Positions 20,522 through 30,758 of a stretch of DNA of 46,852 nucleotides are shown piece after piece. Made by a program: the position numbers and the translations under genes. The DNA is taken from NCBI GenBank assembly GCA_026397335.1, contig JAPLVB010000006.1, forward strand, positions 1 to 46,852, read 5' to 3'. Source of the stretch: Candidatus Aenigmatarchaeota archaeon (GTDB taxonomy: Archaea > Aenigmatarchaeota > Aenigmatarchaeia > QMZP01). Positions within the stretch are counted from its first letter, which is position 1, and each line of letters starts with the position of its first letter. Below the pieces are notes generated by a model, which was not told the DNA's origin, did no database searches, and saw only the letters and a list, made by a program, of their open reading frames with translations.

Positions 20522-20581
20522 AAGTATATTATATTGGCCGGCTTATTTAAGTAATTTAAACCTGCGCGGTGAATAGTGATT

Positions 20582-20902
20582 ATGGTTTCGTTCAAGGAGT
20601 TCCAGGGCCTGGATTTGCGGGTTGGCAAGGTCCTCTCGGTCGAGAACATCCCGAACGCTGACAAGCTTTACAAGCTCTCCGTGGACATGGGAGAGAAAAA
20701 AATCACCTTGGTGGCAGGGCTCAGGCCTTACTACAAGCCCGAGGAGATGAAGGGGAAGAAGATAATTGTTGTGACAAATCTTGACCATGTCACTCTTAAG
20801 GGTGTGACTTCAGAGGGTATGCTGCTTGCAGCGCAAGAAGGAAACAAGGTAAGTCTGCTCACAGTGGACAAGGATGTAAAGCCTGGCTCAAAAATTTCAT
20901 AA
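20582..20902 (+). CDS. tRNA-binding OB-fold protein (stand-alone MetRS C-terminal/Trbp111/CsaA family)
   Basis: Motifs LDLRVGKVLSVE, ADKLYKL, SEGMLLAA. Confidence 0.9.
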   Translation: MVSFKEFQGLDLRVGKVLSVENIPNADKLYKLSVDMGEKKITLVAGLRPYYKPEEMKGKKIIVVTNLDHVTLKGVTSEGMLLAAQEGNKVSLLTVDKDVKPGSKIS

Positions 20903-20916
20903 ATCGAGTTGGTTCT

Positions 20917-21603
20917 ATGGAAACGCAAAAAATCATGAGAGGGGAGAAGGTTGTTATTCTGGCTGACCACAGGGAGATCGCCTCTAATGTGACAAGGCAC
21001 CTGAGGGAGCATGATGCGGACATCCGGGAGATCCAGCTAAAGGTCGGGGATTACATAGTTTCCGAGAGGGTGGCTGTGGAGAGGAAGAGTGTCCCGGATT
21101 TCCTGCAGTCCGTGATAGACCAGCGCCTTTTCAAGCAGATGGAGCAGCTTGCGGATTCTTACGAGAAGCCTGTGCTTATCCTTGAAGGGAACCCAGAGCT
21201 GCTTTTCCTGGAGAGGAACATGCACGCGAACACTGTGCGCGGGGTTCTCTCCTCAATAGCGATAGACTACAGAATCCCCATAATCTGGACACACAATTCA
21301 AAGGAGACAGCGGCCCAGATATACTGGATGGCCTACAGGGAGCAGGTCCAGGAGAGAAAGGGCCTGCAGATCCGCTGCAATAAAAGGAATCGCACCCTTG
21401 CACACCATCAGGAGTTCCTTGTGGCAGGCCTTCCCAATGTCTCGAATGTCTTGAGCAAAAGGCTGCTCAAGCATTTCGGAACTGTGCGGGATGTTTATGA
21501 TGCCACCCCGGAGGAGCTCATGAAAGTGGAGGGAATAGGGAAGGAAAAGGCCAAGAATGTATGGGAGCTCATAAATGCGGAATATCAGGAAAAAGAAGAT
21601 TAG
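20917..21603 (+). CDS. ERCC4/XPF nuclease with HhH2 domain (nuclease half of Hef)
   Basis: GDYIVS..VERKS catalytic motif; C-terminal HhH (LMKVEGIGKEKA). Confidence 0.9.
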   Translation: METQKIMRGEKVVILADHREIASNVTRHLREHDADIREIQLKVGDYIVSERVAVERKSVPDFLQSVIDQRLFKQMEQLADSYEKPVLILEGNPELLFLERNMHANTVRGVLSSIAIDYRIPIIWTHNSKETAAQIYWMAYREQVQERKGLQIRCNKRNRTLAHHQEFLVAGLPNVSNVLSKRLLKHFGTVRDVYDATPEELMKVEGIGKEKAKNVWELINAEYQEKED

Positions 21604-21635
21604 CTTGAAGTTCTAATGAACTTCTTTCCAGTGTT

Positions 21636-23339
21636 CTATTTCTTTAAGCAAGCCTCCAAGAATCCCCTGAAAAGGGGATGGGGATTTATCGGCCTGGAAG
21701 TGAGCTCAGGATGGAACTGTGTTCCCACGAAAAATCTCTTTCCGGGCAGCTCGAGAATCTGCATGATCTTTTTTTCAGGGGCGCGGCCTGAGAACACAAG
21801 ACCGTGCTTCTCAAGTGTTTCTATGTATTTGGGATTCACGTTCCACCTGTGGCGGAAGCGTTCCCTCGCGCTGTTCTTTCCGTAAAGCTTGTGAGCAAAA
21901 GTGTTTTTCTCTATACCCAGGTCAAATCCCCCGAGTCTCATGGTCCCTCCCAGACCCTTTATCTCCTCCTGTTCTGGAAGAATGAAAATCACAGGGTGGG
22001 GAGTCTCATCATCTATCTCAGTCGAATTCGCGCCTTTCAGGCCGCACACATTCCTTGAGAACTCTATCACAGCCATCTGGAACCCGAAACACAGACCAAA
22101 GAAAGGAATGTCATTCTCTCTCGCGTATCGAATGCACTCTATCTTTCCTTCGGTCCCCCTCTCCCCAAAGCCTCCTGGAACTATTATTCCATCTACCCCT
22201 TCCATCTTTTGTTTTACATTCTCCGGAGTGATGTGCGTGGCTTCTATCCATTGGATTTTGGGCCTGATCCCAAGATAGGGGGAGGTGTGCTCTATGGCTT
22301 TCAGTATGCTCAGGTAGGAATCATGCACGGATGTGTATTTCCCTACTATCCCGACTGTGACCTCCATGTTTGCTGAGTTTATTTTTTCCACAAGCTCCTT
22401 CCACTTATGGTATTCTGTCCTGTCGTTCCCGTCCCTTCTCGGGAGCTTAAGAATCTTTATTATCTCCTCGTCTATCCCTACATCCTGAAGGAAAATCGGG
22501 ATCTTGTAGATGTTATCAATATCATAGCAGTTTATCACCCTCTCAACAGGCACGTTCGAGTATATGCTTATCTTCTCTCGTATCTTCTCATTCACAGGAT
22601 TCTCGCTCCTGCATATTATTATGTCAGGCTGTATCCCTATTCCCATGAGCGTCTTGAGCCCTAGCTGGGCAGCCTTGCTCTTGTGCTCACCAAGTGAGCG
22701 CGGCTGGAGTATATATGTAACTGTTATGAAGCACACGTTCTCCTTTCCTTCCTCATAAGCCAGTTCCCTCATCGCCTCCAGGAAATAAGAATTCTCTATA
22801 TCTCCCACAGTCCCTCCGACCTCCACCATGATTATGTCTGCCTCTGATTTCACTGCCAGGTTTCTCAGAAAACTCTTTATCTCGCCTGTCACGTGCGGGA
22901 TGAACTGGACGTCACGACCGAGATATTTGCCCGCCCGCTCCTTGTCTATTATGGTCTTGAAAATCTTTCCAGAAGTAAGGTAATTGTCCTTCGAGAAGTT
23001 CGAGTTCATCATCCTCTCATAGGTTCCCAGGTCAAGGTCGCATTCCGTCCCGTCATCAAGGACAAAAACCTCCCCGTGCCTGAAGGGGTTGAGAGTGCCT
23101 GCATCATAATTCAGGTAACCGTCAAACTTAACAGGTGAGACCTTGTATCCATGGAACAGCTTGAGCAAGGTTCCTATGGAGGAGGAGAAAGTCCCTTTTC
23201 CCACTCCGGAAATAACAGTGCCTGTTATGACTATGAATTTTGTTTTCCCTTTCTCATAGCCCTTAGGAACGCTTGAAATGAACTCGCTGTCATCCGTTTT
23301 CTTGGATATGGTTTTGAACATCTCATGGGACTCTGGCAT
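21636..23339 (-). CDS. pyrG: CTP synthase
   Basis: GTVISGVGKG, HGEVFVLDDG, GLCFGFQ and QFHPE motifs. Confidence 0.97.
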   Translation of the reverse strand: MPESHEMFKTISKKTDDSEFISSVPKGYEKGKTKFIVITGTVISGVGKGTFSSSIGTLLKLFHGYKVSPVKFDGYLNYDAGTLNPFRHGEVFVLDDGTECDLDLGTYERMMNSNFSKDNYLTSGKIFKTIIDKERAGKYLGRDVQFIPHVTGEIKSFLRNLAVKSEADIIMVEVGGTVGDIENSYFLEAMRELAYEEGKENVCFITVTYILQPRSLGEHKSKAAQLGLKTLMGIGIQPDIIICRSENPVNEKIREKISIYSNVPVERVINCYDIDNIYKIPIFLQDVGIDEEIIKILKLPRRDGNDRTEYHKWKELVEKINSANMEVTVGIVGKYTSVHDSYLSILKAIEHTSPYLGIRPKIQWIEATHITPENVKQKMEGVDGIIVPGGFGERGTEGKIECIRYARENDIPFFGLCFGFQMAVIEFSRNVCGLKGANSTEIDDETPHPVIFILPEQEEIKGLGGTMRLGGFDLGIEKNTFAHKLYGKNSARERFRHRWNVNPKYIETLEKHGLVFSGRAPEKKIMQILELPGKRFFVGTQFHPELTSRPINPHPLFRGFLEACLKK

Positions 23340-23418
23340 AATATATAATACAGCCTAAGGAATAAAAAGGTTGGTTGCACAAACTCTGCTTAAAAATCTT
23401 TCTTATTTAATATTAATT

Positions 23419-23625
23419 ATGACCAGAAAAGAAAAACCCGCAGCCAATCCAGAAGATATAAGAAAAGTTATCAAAAATTATTTTGAAGAACGCAAACCGA
23501 TTCGCCCAAAAAATCTTTTTGTTAATGTATTCGGACATCTGATAAAACAAGGTTACGGAAGTTGTACAATAGGGGATTTCAGGAAAATTTATATGGAAGA
23601 ATTCGAAGAATACTATAAACACTAA
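23419..23625 (+). CDS. Small hypothetical protein (AT-rich)
   Basis: 68-aa ORF from ATG 23419 that fills the intergenic gap. Confidence 0.5.
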   Translation: MTRKEKPAANPEDIRKVIKNYFEERKPIRPKNLFVNVFGHLIKQGYGSCTIGDFRKIYMEEFEEYYKH

Positions 23626-23657
23626 TTTTTTATTAATTAAGAATCCAATTCCTTTCC

Positions 23658-23873
23658 ATGGTAATAAGCAAAGACGTTATAGACAAGATTGCTGCGCTTA
23701 TGACAGCGGCCTTCGGTCTTGTGGCAGCCCTTGCGTGGAATGACGCGATAAAAAGCTCTATACAATCGCTCGGGCTGGAGGCTTACGGACCCTGGCTTTA
23801 TGCAATAATCGTGACCATAATAGCTGTTGTCGCGACAATCTACATAGGAAGAATGGCGGCTAAGGCAAAGTAG
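23658..23873 (+). CDS. Small two-TM membrane protein (DUF5654-like)
   Basis: TAAFGLVAALAWNDAIK signature and two hydrophobic helices. Confidence 0.75.
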   Translation: MVISKDVIDKIAALMTAAFGLVAALAWNDAIKSSIQSLGLEAYGPWLYAIIVTIIAVVATIYIGRMAAKAK

Positions 23874-23906
23874 AACCTGATAGTTCGAATGAAGGGAGAA
23901 ACAGCG

Positions 23907-24194
23907 CTATTCATGAAGGTCTCTTACTGAAGTTATGGCTTTTGCAGGACAGACCTCCACGCAAATCAGGCATCCTTTGCATGTCTGGCTGTCCCATACC
24001 GGCTTGCCTTTCCAGTGTATGGCAGTATCCGGGCACATCAGCCAGCACTGCTTGCATCTTGTGCACTTCTTGAGATTCCAGACAGGCTTGAACACCCTCC
24101 AGTCTCCTGTCCGAACCTTAATAGAATTCCCGGGCTCCTCCATGTGCGGGACTCCCTTTCTCTTCTCGTACCTGAGCTGGGATTCCTCCAACAT
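23907..24194 (-). CDS. porD: 2-oxoacid:ferredoxin oxidoreductase delta subunit (2x[4Fe-4S])
   Basis: TGDWRVFKP plus two CxxCxxCxxxCP motifs. Confidence 0.85.
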   Translation of the reverse strand: MLEESQLRYEKRKGVPHMEEPGNSIKVRTGDWRVFKPVWNLKKCTRCKQCWLMCPDTAIHWKGKPVWDSQTCKGCLICVEVCPAKAITSVRDLHE

Positions 24195-24291
24195 AGTGAC
24201 CTTGGAATGAAGTTGGCTTTGCCAACTTCCAACTGATTCCTTTTTATTATTGTCAGAATTCGTATAAATTATACGGGCAATAAGTGGTCTT

Positions 24292-25812
24292 ATGAATTAT
24301 GTGAAACATCCCCTGATAGTTGAGAATTCAATAGAGTCTAGGGCTTACCAGGAGGCAATACTGGGGACTGCTGCAAAAAACCACACCCTGTGCGTATTGC
24401 CCACAGGGCTTGGCAAGACAAATATCGCCATAATGCTTGCCGCGCACAGGCTGGAAAAATATCCGGATTCCAGGATTATTGTGATGGCTCCGACAAGGCC
24501 CCTTGTGAACCAGCATTATAAAACCTTTGTCAGAAGTCTGAAAATTCCCGTGGAGGATATGGTGGCGGTTACGGGATTCATAAAGCCTGAGGAGAGGGAG
24601 CGGCTTTACGGGAAAAAACTCCTGTTCGCAACCCCCCAGGTAATTGAGAACGACCTGAAGTCAGGAATCCTTTCCCTCGAGCGTGTCTCGCTTCTTGTCA
24701 TAGATGAGGCCCACCATTCCGTAGGAGGGTATGCTTATCCGTTTGTGGCAAAAACTTATCTGGAGCAGGCTCGCTTCCCAAGAATTCTCGCGCTTACAGC
24801 ATCCCCGGGAGGGACAACAGAAAAGATACAGGAGATAAAAAACAATCTGGGAATAAATGCAGTTGAAATCCGGACTGATGAGGACCATGATGTGAGGCCC
24901 TGGATAAAAGAGAAGCAGATAGACTGGATTTATGTGGAGCTGCCTGAGAGCTTTCTGCGCATTAAGCGGTATCTTGATGAGGCGATAGAAGACAGGGCTG
25001 GAAAACTCAAGTCCATGGGCTTTCTGAAAAAACACAAACCCTCTAAACGCGACTTCCTAGAGCTGCAGGCAAAAATGCAGGCCTCCATAAGCAGGGGTCA
25101 TAAGGCTGCTTTTGGGATTTCTTCAATAGTGGCCCAGGTCATAAAGCTGGAGCATGCGCTGGATCTTCTGGAAACCCAGGGAATAACAATGCTGGAAAAA
25201 TATTGGAAAAGACTTAAGGAGGACACAACCAAGGCTGCAAAAACCATCCTGAAGGACCAGAGGGTCGCGAATGCCATGTTCCTATCCAGAGAACTGTTTG
25301 AAAGCGGCTCCAAGCACCCGAAAATGGGGAAGCTCTGTCAGATAGTGGACAGGCAATTCCGAGAGAAAGACTCAAAAATCATAATTTTTGCTAACTACCG
25401 TGAGTCTGTAAAGGAGATAGTCTCGAGCTTGAAGAATATAGAGGGGGTTAGGCCTGTGGAGTTCGTGGGCCAGAAAGAAGGTCTCACCCAGAAGGAGCAG
25501 ATAGCCCGTTTGTCTGACTTCAGGGACGGAGTGTATAACGTGCTTGTGGGGACAAGCGTCTCGGAGGAGGGGCTGGACATACCGGCAATGGATCTGGCCA
25601 TTTTCTATGAGCCGGTTCCCTCGGAGATACGCTCAATCCAGAGGCGCGGCCGGGTGGGCAGGCAGAAAGTCGGAAGGGTTATCTTTCTCATAACAAGAAG
25701 GACCCGGGACGAAGCGTACTTCTGGAGCGCCCATAACAAGGAAAAAAGGATGCACAAGACGTTGTATGGAATGAAGTCGGCAAAGCCGACTTCCAGCCAG
25801 ACATCAGAATGA
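24292..25812 (+). CDS. Hef/FANCM-family SF2 helicase (helicase half only)
   Basis: LPTGLGKT, DEAHH, TASPG, EEGLDIP and QRRGRVGR motifs; ends without an ERCC4 domain. Confidence 0.92.
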   Translation: MNYVKHPLIVENSIESRAYQEAILGTAAKNHTLCVLPTGLGKTNIAIMLAAHRLEKYPDSRIIVMAPTRPLVNQHYKTFVRSLKIPVEDMVAVTGFIKPEERERLYGKKLLFATPQVIENDLKSGILSLERVSLLVIDEAHHSVGGYAYPFVAKTYLEQARFPRILALTASPGGTTEKIQEIKNNLGINAVEIRTDEDHDVRPWIKEKQIDWIYVELPESFLRIKRYLDEAIEDRAGKLKSMGFLKKHKPSKRDFLELQAKMQASISRGHKAAFGISSIVAQVIKLEHALDLLETQGITMLEKYWKRLKEDTTKAAKTILKDQRVANAMFLSRELFESGSKHPKMGKLCQIVDRQFREKDSKIIIFANYRESVKEIVSSLKNIEGVRPVEFVGQKEGLTQKEQIARLSDFRDGVYNVLVGTSVSEEGLDIPAMDLAIFYEPVPSEIRSIQRRGRVGRQKVGRVIFLITRRTRDEAYFWSAHNKEKRMHKTLYGMKSAKPTSSQTSE

Positions 25813-25910
25813 AGGCGGAACGGGAGTGAGAAGGCGTCAAGAGACGCCTTCAATCGAAATTCCGCCTTCCAGCCAAGAACTGGGATGAGAAGGAAGCAGA
25901 GTCTTGAGAG

Positions 25911-26093
25911 TTAAAGTTGTTGCAATTTTTTGGAAACGTGATTGTATATTTCTCTTTCTTCCGAATCGAACTGGCTAAAGTGACTATATATCGCTTCTGC
26001 AGCTTCGCCAAAATTCTTTATGCATGGAATATACAGGGTTCTGCCATCTCCTGCAGCAAATCCTTCTTCAATCTTGTATATTTGTAATACCAT
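25911..26093 (-). CDS. Small hypothetical protein
   Basis: 60-aa ORF downstream of tfb; no recognisable motif. Confidence 0.35.
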   Translation of the reverse strand: MVLQIYKIEEGFAAGDGRTLYIPCIKNFGEAAEAIYSHFSQFDSEEREIYNHVSKKLQQL

Positions 26094-26208
26094 TCAAATC
26101 ATCTATAATTTTAAACTCCAATCCAACGTATAAAGGAGTAGTTTGTGCAAGCAATTATTTAAGCATATGCCGGAATCTTTCCCGGATTCCACCGAATTTA
26201 AAAACAGC

Positions 26209-27162
26209 TTACCTGCTTTCTCTCTCTTCCTCTTCCCTGACCTTCTCTTCGACCTCGTCCCTTATGCCAAGGGATTCAACCATTTCCTTGTAGCGGTTCC
26301 TGATTGTGACCTCTGTGACCCCAATCGCGTCCGCCACCTCCCGCTGGGTTTTTTTCTCCCCCTCGAGTACGGCTGCTATGTACAAAGCCGCAGCAGCCAC
26401 TCCTATGGGGCCCTTGCCAGAAGTAACATCAAAGTTTCTTGCCTCGTCCAGGACCTCCACTGCCCTTACCTGTACCCTCTCGGAAAGGTTCAAAAGTGAA
26501 CCGAACCTCGGTACGTAATCCTGCGCCTTTGCAGGAAGGATTCTGATATGCAACTTGCGAGCTATGTACCTGTACGTCTTCCCTATGTCCCTCCTGTTTA
26601 TACCGGATGCCTTGGATATCTCGTCCAGTGTCCTTGGAGCGCCTTCCTCCCTGCATGTGGTGTAAAGCAGGGCTGCTATAATGGATTCCGTGGAGCGGCC
26701 CCTGACCAGACCTTTGTTAACGGCCTGCTGGTAAAGTTTCGCGACTTTCTCATGGACTGCCCTTGAAAGGTGAAGCTGGGAAACCAGCCTCTGCAATTCT
26801 GAGAATGCGAAAGAAAGATTGCGGTCCTTTGACTTGATAAGCCTCTTGTGCCATTTTGTGAGCCTGTAATACTGCGCCCTTTTCTTGGAAGAGACCTTGA
26901 ACAATTCTCCTTTCCCCTTTCCTATCTCTGTGGTTATTCCCTGGTCATGCTTCATGGGGGTCAAAGCAGCCCCTGTTCTCACCCTGCGGGAGCGCTGGTC
27001 CTCATCAAAGGCTCTCCATTCCTGTGTCAGGTCCACCATGGACTCGCTCAGGACAGCTCCGCAGGAATTGCAAATAGTCTCGCCCCTCTCATAATCATAC
27101 CTTATCTTCTCAGAACCGCATTCGGGGCAGACTGGAACGGATTTCTGCTTTTTCTCTATCAT
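26209..27162 (-). CDS. tfb: Transcription initiation factor IIB
   Basis: CPECG..CNSCG Zn ribbon, EWRAF B-reader, two cyclin repeats, TEVTIRNRYKE. Confidence 0.97.
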   Translation of the reverse strand: MIEKKQKSVPVCPECGSEKIRYDYERGETICNSCGAVLSESMVDLTQEWRAFDEDQRSRRVRTGAALTPMKHDQGITTEIGKGKGELFKVSSKKRAQYYRLTKWHKRLIKSKDRNLSFAFSELQRLVSQLHLSRAVHEKVAKLYQQAVNKGLVRGRSTESIIAALLYTTCREEGAPRTLDEISKASGINRRDIGKTYRYIARKLHIRILPAKAQDYVPRFGSLLNLSERVQVRAVEVLDEARNFDVTSGKGPIGVAAAALYIAAVLEGEKKTQREVADAIGVTEVTIRNRYKEMVESLGIRDEVEEKVREEEERESR

Positions 27163-27232
27163 AACACACCTTTGTTACCCCCTTTCAGTGATTATGAGGG
27201 GAGATTTGAATGTTATATTTTGCACACACTCA

Positions 27233-27250
27233 TTTATAAAGTTTTCGGTT
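27233..27250 (-). promoter_or_regulatory. BRE-TATA promoter of tfb
   Basis: Minus strand reads CCGAAAAC-TTTATAAA about 70 nt upstream of the ATG; GGTG RBS before the start. Confidence 0.65.
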
Positions 27251-27431
27251 TTTTAAGCATAACTTTAAATACTTTTACCATTAGATAGTAATCCTTTTTA
27301 AAGCTAATGTTTTTGCCCGGTATTTTCCTATGAATAAAAGAAGAGGGAGGATGTCAACCTTCATTCTTGATTGAAGGTGGATGCTTGATTGACAGCCTTC
27401 GGCTGTCGTTCTTCAGTTCCGCCTTCTCTCT

Positions 27432-29096
27432 TTAATAATCTTCCATTCCGCCCATTCCAGGACCGCCGCCATGAGGCATCGAAGGCATCTTGCCGCCTCC
27501 TGAGCTTGTGACTGAAATCACGTCATCTATCCTAAGTATCATCTCAGCCGCCTCTGCTGCAGATTTTATGGCCTGTGTCTTGATTTTCAGGGGCTCTATC
27601 ACCCCGAGCTTGACCATGTCCTGAACCTCTCCTGAAAACACGTCCAGACCGAATGTTACGTTGCCTTTCTTGTCATGCTGGGACCTCAGGTTCGCGAGCT
27701 TGTCTATCGGGTCAAGGCCTGCGTTCTCTGCGAGACTTCTTGGTATCACTTCCATTGCCTCTGCAAACGCGTTTATAGCGAGCTGCTCCCGACCCTTGAA
27801 CGATTCTGCATATTTCCTGAGCTCTTTCGCGACCTCTATCTCAGAGGCCCCTCCTCCTGCCACTATCTTCCCCAGTTCCAGGGCTGCTGCTATCCCCTTT
27901 ACCGCGTCCTCCATGGCCCTCTGGACCTCATCAACCACGTGCTCTGTGCCTCCCCTTATAAGGATTGTGACAGCTTTTGGCTCGTGACACTCTTCCACAA
28001 AAATCATCTGGTCGCCTGCTATCTTCCTCTCCTCCACACGGCCTGCAAATCCCAAATCATTCTTTGAGAGGTCGTTCAGGTTGTTTACGATGCCCGCGCC
28101 AGTGGCCCTTGCAAGGGCCTCCATGTCTGATTTCTTCACGCGCCTTGCTGCCATTATGCCTGCCTTTGCCATCAAGTGCTGTGCAGCGTCATCTATGCCC
28201 TTCTGGCAGAAAATCACGTTCGCTCCGGACTTGACAACCTTGTCCACCATGTCCCTGAGCATGCGCTCTTCCTGCTCTATGAAGGCCTGCATCTTCTCGG
28301 GAGAGTTTATGGTTATTTTCGTGTCTCCTTCCAGCTCCTTTACCTCCAGGGCAGAATCTATAAGCGCTATTTTTGCCTTCTCTATTTTCTTGGGCATGGC
28401 TGAATGGACAATCTCCTTGTCTATCAGGACCCCGTTTATCAGCTGGCTGTCATTCATGGATCCGCCTTCCTTCTTTTCCAGCTTTATGTTGTCCACATCT
28501 ATGCTCACGACCGTTCCCTTGACATCGGCAATTTTCTTGATAGCCTTTACTGCAATCTCTGCCAGCTCTTTTGAGGCCTTTTCAGCAGACTTCCCTGTTA
28601 TGGCCGTGTTTGCAATCTGCTCCAGAGAAACCTCATCATTTATGTCAACCTTCCTGGAAATTGCGTTAAGGACCTCAAGCGCTTTTGTTTTGGCCATCCT
28701 GTAGCCCTTTGTTATCACAGTAGGGTGTATCTCCTGGTCAAGGAGATCCTCAGCCTTCTTGAGCAGCTCCCCTGCCAAGACAGCTGCTGTGGTTGTGCCG
28801 TCTCCAACTGACTTGTCCTGTGTTTTAGCGACTTCTACCATCATTTTCGCGGCCGGGTGCTCTATATGCATCTCCTCCAGGATTGTGGCCCCATCATTAG
28901 TTATCACCACGTCCCCCAGGGTGTCCACCAGCATCTTGTCCATACCCTTGGGACCAAGAGTGGTCCTTACCGCATCTGCCACAGCCTTTGCCGCAGCTAT
29001 ATTGGAGCGCTGGGCATCCTTGCCCCTGCTCCTCAGAGCTCCCTCTGGTAAAATCAAAATAGGCTGTCCGCCCAACTGTGCAAAACCGTTTGCCAT
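27432..29096 (-). CDS. ths: Thermosome subunit (group II chaperonin)
   Basis: [10 protein letters not shown] and GDGTTT motifs, GGM tail; GGAGAGGTGA RBS. Confidence 0.97.
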   Translation of the reverse strand: MANGFAQLGGQPILILPEGALRSRGKDAQRSNIAAAKAVADAVRTTLGPKGMDKMLVDTLGDVVITNDGATILEEMHIEHPAAKMMVEVAKTQDKSVGDGTTTAAVLAGELLKKAEDLLDQEIHPTVITKGYRMAKTKALEVLNAISRKVDINDEVSLEQIANTAITGKSAEKASKELAEIAVKAIKKIADVKGTVVSIDVDNIKLEKKEGGSMNDSQLINGVLIDKEIVHSAMPKKIEKAKIALIDSALEVKELEGDTKITINSPEKMQAFIEQEERMLRDMVDKVVKSGANVIFCQKGIDDAAQHLMAKAGIMAARRVKKSDMEALARATGAGIVNNLNDLSKNDLGFAGRVEERKIAGDQMIFVEECHEPKAVTILIRGGTEHVVDEVQRAMEDAVKGIAAALELGKIVAGGGASEIEVAKELRKYAESFKGREQLAINAFAEAMEVIPRSLAENAGLDPIDKLANLRSQHDKKGNVTFGLDVFSGEVQDMVKLGVIEPLKIKTQAIKSAAEAAEMILRIDDVISVTSSGGGKMPSMPHGGGPGMGGMEDY

Positions 29097-29220
29097 TTTA
29101 TCACCTCTCCTTGAATGTTAAATATAAAGCTCGGGATGCTTCTGGCTGAAAAGAGTATATATAGTGTAGCTAGTTAATTTATAAATGCTTTACTCACGAT
29201 AGATTTGAGGGATTTCAGGA

Positions 29221-29228
29221 TTTATAAC
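29221..29228 (+). promoter_or_regulatory. TATA box upstream of the hairpin array / tRNA fragment
   Basis: TTTATAAC about 30 nt before the structured region, divergent from the thermosome TATA (29178-29185). Confidence 0.5.
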
Positions 29229-29251
29229 CCTTTTTACCCAAATAACTACAA

Positions 29252-29570
29252 CTGCCGTTCTCACTATAAGGGACGTTAGTTTGAAGTCCGAATGGACTTC
29301 TTTCCAACTGAGAGTGAAGTAGCAGGGTCTGCTTCCTTCCAAATGTGAGATTGACGGCTTGAATAGATTGATTCAAGCCGTCTTTCGGACGTGAGATTGA
29401 AAGTGTCCGCGGGCACTTTCCACTGCTGGAAAATCATTTCCGGCCGTGTGCGCAGGTCTTATAAGGCCGCCAAGCGCCGCGAACGAAAGACGGAAGGCGC
29501 AAGCGCCTTCAATCGAAAATCGCGGAGGCAGCGTAAAGTTGGACGTGGCGAAGCCGCGTCTTTCCAAGCG
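29252..29570 (+). repeat. Array of at least six GAAG/GAC palindromic hairpins; candidate structured ncRNA
   Basis: Hairpins at 29283-300, 29316-339, 29353-382, 29399-420, 29493-510 and 29542-560; GTGAGATTGA twice and TCTTTCCAA twice. Confidence 0.7.
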
Positions 29571-29573
29571 CAA

Positions 29574-29610
29574 AAGCCGAAGGTCCAGGGTTCGAATCCC
29601 TGCGAGCCCA
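29574..29610 (+). tRNA. tRNA 3' half only (Val/Ile-type acceptor end; anticodon not determinable)
   Basis: AA-GCCGA-AGGTC-CAGGG-TTCGAAT-CCCTG-CGAGCCC-A followed by a T-run. No GGGCTCG 5' strand or D arm was found upstream. Confidence 0.75.
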
Positions 29611-29635
29611 TTTTTATTTTTTGATGTCTTTTGCG

Positions 29636-30067
29636 CTAGCCGGCTGCCAGCTTTTTCTTTACAGGGAACAGAACTATCTTGGCTATCTGCTCCATCAGTT
29701 TTGGCTCTGCGGCCACTATATCCACTGCCGAGACTATTCCAACAAGCTGGTTTCTTGAGATCACGGGAAGCCTTTTAACTCTCCTCTCTGTCATGGAGTC
29801 TGCCGCATCCTCAATCTCTGTTTCAGGCCCTACGGCCACCACTTCCGTTGTCATGAACTCTTCCACCTTCACCTTGGAAGGAAGCTTGTTCTTGGATACA
29901 ACTTCCCTCATTATATCGCTTTCTGTTATTATGCCTGCAAGCAGCTTTTTCTCCGTCACAATGAGGCAGCCAATCCTGAACTGTGACATCAGTTTTGCCG
30001 CCTCCTGAATGCTGGATTTGGGAGAAACAGTCTTCACATCAGCCGTCATAATATCTTTTACACGCAT
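29636..30067 (-). CDS. CBS-pair domain protein
   Basis: VKDIMT, GIITESDI, RLPVI and GIVSAVDI CBS motifs. Confidence 0.92.
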   Translation of the reverse strand: MRVKDIMTADVKTVSPKSSIQEAAKLMSQFRIGCLIVTEKKLLAGIITESDIMREVVSKNKLPSKVKVEEFMTTEVVAVGPETEIEDAADSMTERRVKRLPVISRNQLVGIVSAVDIVAAEPKLMEQIAKIVLFPVKKKLAAG

Positions 30068-30122
30068 TCAACTCTCACCCTTATGATTTTAATTGGAAGG
30101 TGGCTCTTGCCACCTTCTATCT

Positions 30123-30701
30123 CTAAATCCTCTTTCCGCTTTCCATTCTGGGGACGAATACCCGGTACCTGTCTTTGTCGTTCAGTTCGTCCATTATTCT
30201 TTTTACAACCATTTTCTCCGGATCCGGAAGCAAAGGGGTTCTCTTCTTGAGGTCCGCAAAACTCTCGAAAGGCTTGTTTTTCCTGTCCTCTATTATTGCC
30301 CAGAGGTGGCGCTTCCCTATCCCTGGAAGAAGCTCGAGCTGGTGCATCCGTGTGGTGAGCTGCCCTGATTTATTAAAAAATTCCAGGAACTTCTGCGGAT
30401 TTTCCTTTACTATCTTCTCTACAGCAGGCTGAACCTCATCCTTTGCAGCTGTCGTGAGCTCACTGAATTCCATCCTTCCCCTTATGTATTTCACCTTGTC
30501 CCTCTTCCCGTCGCCTATGTAGACTCTTTCACCTATATTCAGGTTCGAGCCTTCCCTCACTATCACTTCCAGCAGGGAGAAATACAGGTCTCCCATTACC
30601 TGGGCAACAGGCTGTGACCTGTCCATGCTGTAACGCCCGTGGGAAAGGTAATCGAGCGTGACTGCCCATTCATCTTTCTTAAGCTTCTCTTTTGGAATCA
30701 T
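30123..30701 (-). CDS. DUF655 family putative nucleic-acid-binding protein
   Basis: LTTRMHQLELLPGIGK, PFESFADL; conserved position downstream of rpo4. Confidence 0.9.
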   Translation of the reverse strand: MIPKEKLKKDEWAVTLDYLSHGRYSMDRSQPVAQVMGDLYFSLLEVIVREGSNLNIGERVYIGDGKRDKVKYIRGRMEFSELTTAAKDEVQPAVEKIVKENPQKFLEFFNKSGQLTTRMHQLELLPGIGKRHLWAIIEDRKNKPFESFADLKKRTPLLPDPEKMVVKRIMDELNDKDRYRVFVPRMESGKRI

Positions 30702-30758
30702 GAAACCACAATTCGTTCTTTTTTAGCTTTATAGAATTAGTTTTCTGTTTTAAATTGG

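Noticed and set aside
20715-20740. Minus-strand GGGCTTGTAG as the missing tRNA 5' half
   Set aside because: It lies inside a conserved CDS and has no D arm or TCGGC anticodon strand, so it is likely a chance match.
29252-29570. CRISPR array, SRP RNA, RNase P RNA, tmRNA or group I intron
   Set aside because: There are no identical repeats with unique spacers and no cas genes. The SRP helix-8, RNase P GAGGAAAGUCC and group I P7 motifs were not found, and no 5' strand pairs with the acceptor end.
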